From positions 237,657 to 259,604 of the forward strand of contig NW_014577070.1 of NCBI RefSeq assembly GCF_000485595.1: 21,948 bases of DNA, given 5' to 3'. Under the pieces are notes generated by a model, which saw nothing but the letters and a program-made list of their open reading frames with translations, searched no databases and was not told the DNA's origin. The first letter of the stretch is position 1. Every line of letters starts with the position of its first letter. Positions 1-10,733 of this stretch are shown here, piece after piece. The translations under genes and the position numbers were made by a program. The stretch comes from Priapulus caudatus. Lineage: Eukaryota.

Positions 1-136
1 TCAGAGTAAGGAGGGTCTTAGTAACTAAATATGGGGAACAACACTAATGTTCAGAGTAAGGAGGGTCTTAGTAACTAAATATGAGGAACAACACTAATGT
101 TCCGGATAAGGAGGTGCTTAATGACCAACTACTACT
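1..136. repeat. ~50-bp minisatellite, left part
   Basis: Units 1-50 and 51-100 differ at one base (tcagagtaaggagggtcttagtaactaaatatgRggaacaacactaatgt). A diverged third unit is interrupted at 137. Confidence 0.9.
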
Positions 137-959
137 CAGTGGTCGATCTAGATGGGGGTTGGGGGCGGGTTCCAACCCCCCACCCCGTTCAGCCACTGAC
201 TAATGTTATGATACTAGTAAATGGGGCCAAAAATAAAAAAAACTCAGTCTGCAGGCTGATAGAAACTAGGTATTTCCCCTATAACCACGCAGCTGCATGA
301 ACTGTCAGATCCTGAACACTGTCACATTGGGGGAGCACTATATAACTCCTACGGACCTATACATCTTCTTGAGTCACGCCCCGTCACGTGGTCGAGGTTG
401 CCGAGTAACGGTTTACACTTTCAAGTTCGCCGTATTTTCCCGATCTAACGAGTGCGCATGCTCATAGGGCATGTATGTTCGTAATGTATTAAACTTGGCG
501 CGAGAGCAATTTGTAGAAAATAACTTGTCTTAACACTCTGAAAGTCTAGAGTCTAAGTGCTAAAGTCTTAGAAGAAGGATAACTGTCTCAGTTGAGAGCA
601 TATATATTTGAGCTAGACGTATATCTGGTAAACCAAAGTGCATTTAGTAACATAAATAAAATTAGCTTACAGAAATAATAATGTAACACCCGGGTGTAAC
701 ACTAACATCATGTGTTCAATCATGGTATGTAGTAGTTTCTTTACAAGTACCAATAAGAATAACGCACGTAATCCAAACTTCCAACATTCAACATTAAAAT
801 ATTTTTTCAACTGGGAGCATTCACTGCACATTCACTTCAAATGTAAACAATTTTCCAGGTGGGAGGGGGCATGTCCCCGGACCACCCTAGCACCGCGTGC
901 CTTCGGCACGCCTTCGCTCAAATATCACCCCCTTCTCCTCAAAGCTAGATCCGCCCCTG
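137..959. mobile_element. Non-autonomous hAT-like DNA transposon with 5-bp TSD (hAT5-type)
   Basis: Left end CAGTGGTCGATCTAG; reverse complement of right end CAGGGGCGGATCTAG. CTACT flanks both sides (132-136, 960-964). It has a GGGGGCATGTCCCCGGACCACCCTAG subterminal motif, and the minisatellite resumes on the far side. Confidence 0.75.
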
Positions 960-1170
960 CTACTGGGAAACAACACCAATGTTCGGGTAAGAAAGTGCTT
1001 CATTACTAACTACTAGGAAACAACACCAATGTTCGGGTAAGAAAGTGCTTCATTACTAACTACTAGGAAACAACACTAAACTTCTGGGTGAGAAAGTGCT
1101 TAATAGCTAACTACTACCGGGGAGCAAAACTAATGTTCGGGGTAAAGAAGGGCTTAATGACTAACTGCTC
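960..1170. repeat. ~50-bp minisatellite, right part
   Basis: About four units of tactRggaaacaacaccaatgttcgggtaagaaagtgcttcattactaac, related to the units at 1-136. Confidence 0.9.
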
Positions 1171-1219
1171 CTGTTGGCTATTTATTCGATGCGGTGGTGT
1201 CCTTTGCGCACATACGTAC

Positions 1220-1350
1220 CCGTGATTACTTCACCGGCTATGCCAGAGCCACACAGCACAAGCTTGACGATTCCTTCAAACGGGATATGTTTGAGTTTTC
1301 CGGGTCCTGGAAATGTCACTTGGCATCGGAATGGCTTTCCTGTTCTCTGT
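1220..1350 (-). CDS. TMEM45: TMEM45-family membrane protein, second coding exon
   Basis: Acceptor tttcgctcAG, donor G|GTACGT, 131 nt encoding (R)QRTGKPFRCQVTFPGPGKLKHIPFEGIVKLVLCGSGIAGEVIT. The phase matches the upstream exon (AG+A=Arg), and the EGxVK...G..GE pattern is typical of TMEM45. Confidence 0.85.
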
Positions 1351-1461
1351 CTGAGCGAAATATTCAAAACAGCGATTAATTATTTCTTTCATTCAAAATC
1401 GGCGCAATGTAGAACGAGAAATTAGAATGACAAGGCGTGCGGAATAGGGAGAAAATTAAAT

Positions 1462-1848
1462 GTACTGTCGATGAAAATCGCCACGTGTGCGCCACCCGGC
1501 GACAATTCAACCGTCTGTCAGCGACATACCATTGTATGAACTGTACGTGACCTGTTCAAACCACACCACGGGCGCTGCCAATATTTGATCACGTGCTTCA
1601 AATCATGCATTTGATTGGTTAATCCAAAAACTGTTGCCCGGATCGCATCGCCAGTGCGGCGCACCACGCAGCGATTGTTCAGCGACTGGGCAACAAATAT
1701 CAAATATGTTTGATATTCCAGCGACGATTTTCTGGAGTCAAAATCCGTGACGCCGGGCAGCGCACACGTGGCGATTTCTCGGCGATTTTGTTGCTGGCGA
1801 CAGAATCGCCGGTTCGTGCGACAAAAATCGCCACGTGTGCGCCGGGCT
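1462..1848 (-). mobile_element. Diverged, truncated MITE copy, inverted relative to 1880-2351
   Basis: Reverse-complement similarity to 1880-2300 throughout, e.g. gatcacgtgcttcaaatcatgcatttgattggttaatccaaaaactgtt versus aacagtttttggattaactaatcaaatgcatgatttgaaacacgtgatc. It ends in the TIR cgccacgtgtgcgccgggct. Confidence 0.85.
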
Positions 1849-1879
1849 TAAAGATATATTACTCAGTCCGTATATAATA

Positions 1880-2351
1880 AGCCGGGCGCACACGTGGCGA
1901 TTTTTATCGCTAGTAGGCCTACTGGCGATTTTGTTGTCGGCGACAGAATCGCCGAGAGATCGCCACGTGCATGTGCGCTGCATGGCGATGGCGATTTTGA
2001 CGCCAGAAACTCGTCGCTGGAATATCAAACTGAGTTATGTTTTATATAATTTGTTACCGAGTCGCTGAACAATCGGCCAGCGTGTGCGCTGCCCTAGCGA
2101 CGAATTCAGGCTAACAGTTTTTGGATTAACTAATCAAATGCATGATTTGAAACACGTGATCAAATATGGCAGCGCCCTTGGTGTGGGAAAAAAGCAGGAG
2201 GATGAGCTTGTTGAAATGTGAAATTGAAAAGTATCAAATTGAATTTGAATTGTTGTCGCCGGGTCCCGCACACGTGACGATTAAAATCGTCAGTACTGGC
2301 GATAAAAATCGCCAGTACTAGCGATAAAAATCGCCACCTGTGCGCCCGGCT
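1880..2351 (+). mobile_element. MITE, PIF/Harbinger-like termini
   Basis: ~36-bp TIR agccgggcgcacacgtggcgatttttatcgctagta / tactagcgataaaaatcgccacctgtgcgcccggct, with internal aaaatcgcc repeats. TA flanks both sides; a 3-bp TSD is not cleanly resolved. Confidence 0.85.
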
Positions 2352-2625
2352 TATTAGCACAATTACATGTAGATAGTTACTGGTACATTTCGTGCAAGAA
2401 ATGTGAAACTGGGGCTAATTCTGCTTCTACTCGCCATTCTATTTCTAAATTCTGCTGCTAATTTGTAACCGGCACAACAGTTTCGAACCACGCAGTGTGA
2501 CAACAGCAAGAGATTGGCAGTTAAAATGATCGAGTATGTACAAAATTGATTTATTCTGAAATTATAATATTTAATATCACAATAGAAGCCGATGAAATTA
2601 TTTCAAAAAAATTACATAGACGTAC

Positions 2626-2723
2626 CTTGAGAGTATGTAGTGGTAACATATCTGTATAGTCCACCAAGTGGCACCCAGGAAGAACATGGAACCGGGAATC
2701 ACATGTCCAACAAAAGACCCCAT
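2626..2723 (-). CDS. TMEM45: TMEM45-family membrane protein, first coding exon
   Basis: ATG at 2723; encodes MGSFVGHVIPGSMFFLGATWWTIQICYHYILS plus AG|GTACGT donor. Matches the TMEM45 N-terminal motif MGxFxGHxxPGSxF...WW. Confidence 0.92.
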
Positions 2724-2819
2724 TACTTACTCACCTATAAGGTTATTACAAAAACAGTTATTATGGCTACTATAATACATGGCAAAATATATATATAATG
2801 GTTCGTCGCTATGCATGGT

Positions 2820-3317
2820 GATGACTATCAGTCCCACCAATTATACAGATTGAAGCATTTGATTACATATTATGCATGCGTGAGCGCGTCTGGCTGAATG
2901 CATGAGCGCGCGTGCGTATCTACGTCCGTGCGCTTGTGTATCTGCGTGCGTGCGTGCGTGCGTGCGTATTGTGTATCTGCGTACGTGCGTTCGCGTTTGT
3001 ATCTGCGTGCGTGCGTGTTTGTATCTGCGAGCGTACGTGCGTGCGTGCGCGTTTGTATCTGCGTGCGTGCGAGCGTGCGCGTTCGTATCTGCGTGCGTGC
3101 GCGTTCGTATCTGCGTGCGTGCGCGTTCGTATCTGCGTGCGTCCGCGTTCGTATCTGCGTGCGTGCGCGTTTGTATTTGCGAGCGTGCGCGTTTTTATCT
3201 GACTCGGCTGTGAAAAAGAGCCACTCCTACAGTCCGACGCCGTTCTTCTTCCTAGTCAGATGCTGTGAATAGAAAACAGTTTTGTTTCTCCCTTAAAAGA
3301 ATGGAACCGTGGTCATA
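2820..3317. repeat. 22-bp tandem array (gtatctgcgtgcgtgcgcgttc, ~2915-3200), possibly inside an old TIR element
   Basis: The array is read directly. The flanks gatgactatcagtccca and the reverse complement tatgaccacggttcca resemble a degraded TIR pair; no intact TSD. Confidence 0.7.
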
Positions 3318-4539
3318 AATAGCAGTTGACTCAGTAGTATGAGGAAACCCGTATAAAAACTATCGATCCGTTATGACGATCGTTTCGTTAACGAATAATA
3401 TTAGCCGCTTAAAACACAAGTTACGGCAATACATGGCTATATACCTTGTGCAGTGGGGATGTTTAACTTCAAGAGGCTCTCTATTGACCGTGTGTGCACA
3501 CAAATGCATTATTTACGCGCCCGTTAGAATGTCAGCAATAGGCGCCGTATGTTGTGCTAAATGGATGCACTAATGCACAAATGTCATGATGATTAAGGGG
3601 GTTTAGCGGTATGAATATGTATACCCGGTTGGAGACGTTGCCGGCCAACGACCCATAAACGTACACGACACATCGTTATATTCACATTCACGGACAATTA
3701 TGTTCTTAATTATTCATGAGCATGACCATACGTTGCGCTATATACGTTGTGTATCCATTCGCTCCCACTATATAGGGCTGGCTATACGAACCACAGTGTT
3801 AGAAAACGGTAGCAAACGTGTCTCTAGCGCGGCCGCTACTTGAACCAGACATGGCCGCTTATTTGGGTTTTTGGTTCGGTGATGTTCGATAAACGGCCCA
3901 ATCTCGCCAAATTACAGTGAGTTCGATTTTAGAGTGGTCGGCAAAAGTCGTGACGTTTATGTTGCCGTCTAGTGCATTTTATATTGTATCTTGGGCTACA
4001 GCTTAGCCTCATTGCTGCAAAGGGTCGTGTCGTGTAGCCCTGTAGCGGAAAGTGGGCACTTTATAACAACCACCGGTACTTATTACCCGCAATGCTAAAG
4101 GTAAGCTGTTAGTAGAAATTTCTACCCGCATTCGCATGCTTAGTTTTATCACAACAGTCTCGAATTATAGTCAATCCGAGAATCATCGAGAATCATTGAA
4201 TTAGAGAATCATCCGCAATTATTAAATCCTAGAATCATTCAATAATCATTGAATCCGAGATGATAAATGATAACCAAAGCGCGCGAACAATGTCCTATAC
4301 TACAGTCTGCTCAACGTGGACTGCCTTATTGCTAATTTTCAGTACTTACCATTGTCAGGCTAATAATGGCTATTCGCATTGCTGCTAAGCTTCCACCAGC
4401 CTAACTTCACAAGTATTTTACGATATAAATTTGTTTACTCAGCATTCTTTTCCAATATTTCTGACATTTAAAACAAGCCTAACATCACGTACTCGTATCC
4501 TTACTACAAACTTTGTTTTATACAGCGTCGATCGATTTC

Positions 4540-4549
4540 NNNNNNNNNN
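4540..4549. other. Assembly gap (10 N)
   Basis: N run separating the two duplicate copies. Confidence 1.
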
Positions 4550-5523
4550 CATGTGCGCTGCATGGCGATGGCGATTTTGACGCCAGAAACTCGTCGCTGG
4601 AATATCAAACTGAGTTATGTTTTATATAATTTTGTTACCGAGTCGCTGAACAATCGCCACGTGTGCGCTGCCCTAGCGACGAATTCAGGCAACAGTTTTT
4701 GGATTAACTAATCAAATGCATGATTTGAAACACGTGATCAAATATGGCAGCGCCCTTGGTGTGGGAAAAAAGCAGGAGGATGAGCTTGTTGAAATGTGAA
4801 ATTGAATGGTATCAAATTGAATTTGAATTGTTGTCGCCGGGTCCCGCACACGTGACGATTAAAATCGTCAGTACTGGCGATAAAAATCGCCAGTACTAGC
4901 GATAAAAATCGCCACCTGTGCGCCCGGCTTATTAGCACAATTACATGTAGATAGTTACTGGTACATTTCGTGCAAGAAATGTGAAACTGGGGCTAATTCT
5001 GCTTCTACTCGCCATTCTATTTCTAAATTCTGCTGCTAATTTGTTACCGGCACAGACAGTTTCGAACCACGCAGTGTGACAACAGCAAGAGATTGGCAGT
5101 TAAAATGATCGAGTATGTACAAAATTGATTTATTCTGAAATTATAATATTTAATATCACAATAGAAGCCGATGAAATTATTTCAAAAAAATTACATAGAC
5201 GTACCTTGAGAGTATGTAGTGGTAACATATCTGTATAGTCCACCAAGTGGCACCCAGGAAGAACATGGAACCGGGAATCACATGTCCAACAAAAGACCCC
5301 ATTACTTACTCACCTATAAGGTTATTACAAAAACAGTTATTATGGCTACTATAATACATGGCAAAATATATATATAATGGTTCGTCGCTATGCATGGTGA
5401 TGACCATCAGTCCCACCAATTATACAGATTGAAGCATTTGATTACATATTATGCATGCGTGAGCGCGTCTGGCTGAATGCATGAGCGCGCGTGCGTATCT
5501 ATACGTCCGTGCGCTTGTGTATC

Positions 5524-5563
<40 letters not shown>

Positions 5564-7222
5564 TATTGTGTATCTGCGTACGTGCGTTCGCGTTTGTATC
5601 TGCGTGCGTGCGTGTTTGTATCTGCGAGCGTACGTGCGTGCGCGTTTGTATCTGCGTGCGTGCGAGCGTGCGCGTTCGTATCTGCGTGCGTGCGCGTTCG
5701 TATCTGCGTGCGTGCGCGTTCGTATCTGCGTGCGTGCGCGTTCGTATCTGCGTGCGTGCGCGTTCGTATCTGCGTGCGTGCGCGTTCGTATCTGCGTGCG
5801 TGCGCGTTCGTATCTGCGTGCGTCCGCGTTCGTATCTGCGTGCGTGCGCGTTTGTATTTGCGAGCGTGCGCGTTTGTATCTGACTCGGCTGTGAAAAAGA
5901 GCCACTCCTACAGTCCGACGCCGTTCTTCTTCCTAGTCAGATGCTGTGAATAGAAAACAGTTTTGTTTCTCCCTTAAAAGAATGGAACCGTGGTCATAAA
6001 TAGCAGTTGACTCAGTAGTATGAGGAAACCCGTATAAAAACTATCGATCCGTTATGACGATCGTTTCGTTAACGAATAATATTAGCCGCTTAAAACACAA
6101 GTTACGGCAATACATGGCTATATACCTTGTGCAGTGGGGATGTTTAACTTCAAGAGGCTCTCTATTGACCGTGTGTGCACACAACTGCATTATTTACGCG
6201 CCCGTTAGAATGTCAGCAATAGGCGCCGTATGTTGTGCTAAATGGATGCACTAATGCACAAATGTCATGATGATTAAGGGGGTTTAGCGGTATGAATATG
6301 TATACCCGGTTGGAGACGTTGCCGGCCAACGACCCATAAACGTACACGACACATCGTTATATTCACATTCACGGACAATTATGTTCTTAATTATTCATGA
6401 GCATGACCATACGTTGCGCTATATACGTTGTGTATCCATTCGCTCCCACTATATAGGGCTGGCTATACGAACCACAGTGTTAGAAAACGGTAGCAAACGT
6501 GTCTCTAGCGCGGCCGCTACTTGAACCAGACATGGCCGCTTATTTGGGTTTTTGGTTCGGTGACGTTCGATAAACGGCCCAATCTCGCCAAATTACAGTG
6601 AGTTCGATTTTAGAGTGGTCGGCAAAAGTCGTGACGTTTATGTTGCCGTCTAGTGCATTTTATATTGTATCTTGGGCTACAGCTTAGCCTCATTGCTGCA
6701 AAGGGTCGTGTCGTGTAGCCCTGTAGCGGAAAGTGGGCACTTTATAACAACCACCGGTACTTATTACCCGCAATGCTAAAGGTAAGCTGTTAGTAGAAAT
6801 TTCTACCCGCATTCGCATGCTTAGTTTTATCACAACAGTCTCGAATTATAGTCAATCCGAGAATCATCGAGAATCATTGAATTAGAGAATCATCCGCAAT
6901 TATTAAATCCTATAGAATCATTCAATAATCATTGAATCCGAGATGATAAATGATAACCAAAGCGCGTGAACAATGTCCTATACTACAGTCTGCTCAACGT
7001 GGACTGCCTTATTGCTAATTTTCAGTACTTACCATTGTCAGGCTAATAATAGCTATTCGCATTGCTGCTAAGCTTCCACCAGCCTAACTTCACAAGTATT
7101 TTACGATATAAATTTGTTTACTCAGCATTCTTTTCCAATATTTCTGACATTTAAAACAAGCCTAACATCACGTACCCGTATCCTTACTACAAACTTTGTT
7201 TTATACAGCGTCGATCGATTTC
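4550..7222 (+). repeat. Copy 2 of the 2.6-kb duplication (includes partial MITE 4550-4929 and a longer 22-bp array ~5494-5882)
   Basis: Colinear with 1970-4539 and about 100 bp longer in the GCGT array. Confidence 0.95.
5205..5302 (-). CDS. TMEM45: Duplicate copy of the TMEM45 first coding exon (probably allelic or artefactual)
   Basis: Sequence identical to 2626-2723 with the same splice signals. Confidence 0.75.
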
Positions 7223-7291
7223 AGAATCAATATATATATATATTTGCATACAACCGTCGCGAAAAGATAACATAGGATCAGCAACTGTCAT
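7186..7291 (+). repeat. ~105-bp direct repeat, copy 1
   Basis: actacaaactttg...gcaactgtcat is identical to 9489-9592 apart from one TA unit. Confidence 0.95.
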
Positions 7292-7595
7292 ATAGATAGA
7301 TTTTGTATAGAAATTGTGAGTTCATATTATCAATTCTGATAATATAAAAAATTCTAAATTTTATCTAGTACTGTTTTGCTCACTCATCACACTACAAAAA
7401 TTTCACATTTCCACTTGTCTCTCCCGGCGTAATAAATACCGGAGGTTGTTACATAATGCCCACCGTAGCGGGAGCGAAGGACTATGCGCAGGTAGCGATA
7501 GACCATACGTCCTAATTGTCTTTTTCCCTGTCCATAATTATATGCCGCAGGTCTATTTCTGTCGTCGTTGCTACCGCTTTAATAGTGTATAAGGG

Positions 7596-7596
<1 letters not shown>

Positions 7597-7689
<93 letters not shown>
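7597..7689. repeat. (CA)n microsatellite
   Basis: Pure CA run of about 80 nt preceded by a short CG run. Confidence 0.99.
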
Positions 7690-7691
<2 letters not shown>

Positions 7692-7880
7692 GTCCGAATT
7701 CCGTCCTTTATATCACTGCCCTTTGACTTGAGACCAGCAAATTTGCCTGGGTTTTGTCACCGACTCTGTATACCGAGTATCAAGAGCATAGGTCAAGTCG
7801 TTTACGCCACAATTCTTCTTTTCCTCAATGCCGGTTCTATACCTTAAGTTAAAGGAAGAATATTACCCCCTTCCCTTCAC

Positions 7881-7961
7881 GCCTCGTGACCTTTTGCCCT
7901 TAATTCCAGATTTAACCGCTAATGTAGTTTTATTTCTCCTTACTAAAGAATTAAAACTCAT
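7881..7961 (-). mobile_element. Possible decayed RTE-clade LINE 3' fragment
   Basis: Translates MSFNSLVRRNKTTLAVKSGIKGKRSRG, resembling the RTE ORF C-terminal F.GHV.R...G...GKR.RG motif; a (TG)n tract lies downstream on this strand. Confidence 0.35.
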
Positions 7962-9488
7962 GCTCCCGAATTTCAATACCGTACTTGTAGGCCTTGTTTT
8001 GTGCCCATATTTTTGACGGACGCACGGACCATTCTACAAGCTGCATCTGACTGTGTCAGATGAGATAAAATGTAAAAGGTTGTGCGTAATTGTCACATTC
8101 CGAAATCTAGGTAAGTCGCTGAAAAATAAATGACTATATTATCACGACGACGCTCACAATTACAATAGTAAGCGCAACTAAAGCAAAACAACGAAAAAAT
8201 ACTACATTCAGCTGATTAAACGTAACCGTCGCAGTCATGTCGGACATTCGTGAGTATTCTTTGAACTTTATTTCTATCGACCCCTTCCGGAGCATGAGAA
8301 ATATACACATAATACATGGTTGTATAAAATCAATTAATAGAATAATATGGCAGTACATGCACATATGAAAGAGCGCAAACATTACCTTATACAAATACAC
8401 GTTCAATATAACTTATAACTTGACACACACAAAGGATTATCTATTTACTAATCTTTGACATGATCCGCTGCTTTCTAAGCGTCCCCTATTCATACCCCTT
8501 AGCCGCTGAGATTATAGATCGAACTGATGATCAATGTGATCCAATACTGATGACGCAATACGCACCTGTAACGGGCGCCCAATCATCACCCGCCACGGCG
8601 TTTCTCAACTCTTAACTTAGACGCGCACTCACCTGCTCACGTACGTGCGAGGTAATATTGTGAGTTCCGGCTATCAATCGAGCTTGAAACAAATGCTGCG
8701 CTCGGGTTCGTTCGCTGACGGACTCTAATGCGAATTGACGGGAGAACGGGCTCGCGAACGTTATAGGGGCATCGCCAACAAAATGATATCGACTGCCTTT
8801 TGTTCCGTTGCCGACACCCATAGCAACTACTCTACGCGTTGCTATAATTCCCTGCCGCGCGATGCTATTTACGCAGGCTAACCTCACCAGACGGCGGCTC
8901 TCAGCGCCTGCCGAATAAATAAGAATGTTTCTAATCGATTGCGGAGCTGGCAGCGAAAACTGAATAGAACGCGACGCATCTTGATATCGCGCATGAATTT
9001 AATTGCAAAATTTTCTTTCTGATTAAACAGTATACGAGATAGCGGCCTGTGCATGCGTGCTATAAATTATCATTCTGGTCCAAACGGTCGGTGTTGGTTG
9101 ATACGTGGTGTCTAACATGTAGACTTCTGACCGCAAGCAACCTATCTTTATCGGGAGAAAGTTGCCAGTAGTCGTAGTATAAGATACCACATAGACATCC
9201 AACTTACATGAAAGCGCGCAGCAACCACAGCAGAGCACACTTCGTGCACATCTAACTAGCATCAAAGTATAGACGCAGTACAGTACTCTATACTACATAT
9301 ACTAGACGGAGAAGAGATGATACGGTTTATCGTATCGGTGCGTAGCGCCGCTATGCTATGCATCTCCACTGCGTTCTCGTATTTTATATATTTTGCAGGA
9401 GAGTGTATGAAGTTGCGTGAAGTCTACGAGTGCCAGCGGCCATCACGTGTTCCCCAGCTCGGCCTACCCTGGAATGCGACTCAGACAA

Positions 9489-9592
9489 ACTACAAACTTT
9501 GTTTTATACAGCGTCGATCGATTTCAGAATCAATATATATATATTTGCATACAACCGTCGCGAAAAGATAACATAGGATCAGCAACTGTCAT
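9489..9592 (+). repeat. ~105-bp direct repeat, copy 2
   Basis: Matches 7186-7291. Confidence 0.95.
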
Positions 9593-9858
9593 TGATCATC
9601 TGTTGGTGACGACGTATCGACGTGTAAACAGCGCACTATCGTGTAGCTGCCTGCCCATCTGCTTCGCACCTGAGATCGCTGTCAGACCGTGCTGGGCTCG
9701 TGCAGGGGATTTCGGGGCATATATAAAAAAAACGGTCGATAAATATATATTTATGTGGACTCATGAACATGCGTATATTTACCTCCGCCAATATGGTGTG
9801 TATTCTGTTTCATAATTCGATTCAAATTTATTCGATGCGTGAATCGAATGATTCGAGC

Positions 9859-10703
9859 TGTACAAACATGAAATGTCATAGTTCGTATAATCAGTGCATT
9901 GGTCAATACATAAACAACACCTCTAATATAAAAATAAATATAAGCAAGAAAAACTCCATAGAACTTGCAGTAGCTTCTCCGGTATGTCGTTTAGTCTCAG
10001 TTTCATTGAATGGAGTGTGGTGAAGATGTTGACAGCCACTTCTAGATTTACATATAAATGTCATAGTGCGCGTGTATCATAACGAGAGCAGAGAGCTTCT
10101 CTCACGTATTAATGCCAGTAGAACACTATTTTTATTTATCTGCTTATATCTGCATCATGCGCTATAAAACCTGGGGTGAAAGTACAAATTGCGATGTTGT
10201 CATGTAAATCTGTATTATAGGCCACGTACAGTACGCCTGATAACGTAATACGAAACGCTATATCATTAGATGTTCATCTCTAAGGTATTATTAGCTCTTG
10301 GTGGCATTAGACTGACTGCATAGTGTTTGAATGCCAAAAACTTTGAGATTCTGGAAATCACGCAGCTGCTTTACGAAAAACAACAGGAGTGTCGTCACAC
10401 CGGCCGTGCCTGGCAGCCATAGCAGCTCCAAACGATGTACTAACTATAGTATATGTCTATCTCTCACCCTCATTTGCTTAGATCTCCGAATTCGGACTTC
10501 TGTACAATAAACGCATTCGCATGCATAATTTAGTTTACTGAATTAAACAGTAATAATTAATAGTTTAGAACATATATTCAGACGGATAATTGGGTAAATA
10601 CCTGGCATAAAAATGCGGACAACCGGCTGTCATGGGGGGCTCGTCTGACCCCTCCGACCCCCCCCCTTACCCACGGCCTACTGTAATAAATCTGAATACT
10701 GCG
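9859..10703 (+). repeat. Third, partial copy of 16709-17558 (most of the hAT-like element)
   Basis: Colinear with a few single-base indels. It interrupts the 21-bp satellite and abuts the 25-N gap. Confidence 0.93.
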
Positions 10704-10708
10704 TCACG

Positions 10709-10733
10709 NNNNNNNNNNNNNNNNNNNNNNNNN
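10709..10733. other. Assembly gap (25 N)
   Basis: N run. Confidence 1.

Larger units (their letters stand above)
1970..4539 (+). repeat. Copy 1 of a 2.6-kb near-identical direct duplication
   Basis: Matches 4550-7222 except for roughly ten substitutions, small indels and tandem-repeat length. It ends at the 10-N gap (4540-4549). Confidence 0.95.

Noticed and set aside
1..1170. CRISPR-like appearance of the ~50-bp periodic repeats
   Set aside because: Whole units repeat with no unique spacers, there are no cas genes, and the context is eukaryotic.
2898..3272. Long C/V/R/A-rich ORFs here and at 5420-5953
   Set aside because: Stop-free translations of the GCGT tandem array in several frames.
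3580..4045. Weak inverted repeats (gtcatg...ttaag / cttaattattcatgag; agggct...agccct)
   Set aside because: Too degenerate, with no TSD to define an element.
8612..8887. Minus-strand ORF as an N-terminal extension of TMEM45
   Set aside because: Splicing its donor (8633) to the start-exon acceptor gives a stop after three codons; the TMEM45 ATG is already at the family-typical position.
7186..9592. LTR retrotransposon or TRIM
   Set aside because: The direct repeats lack TG...CA ends, and no primer-binding site, polypurine tract or TSD is evident.
9778..9791. tttacctccgccaa resembling a Helentron 5' subterminal repeat
   Set aside because: Only 14 nt, and the expected downstream body is absent.
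9399..9815. Plus-strand exon after ttttgcAG and the overlapping ORFs
   Set aside because: The ORFs run through the 105-bp repeat with its TA tract; no family match or clear donor.
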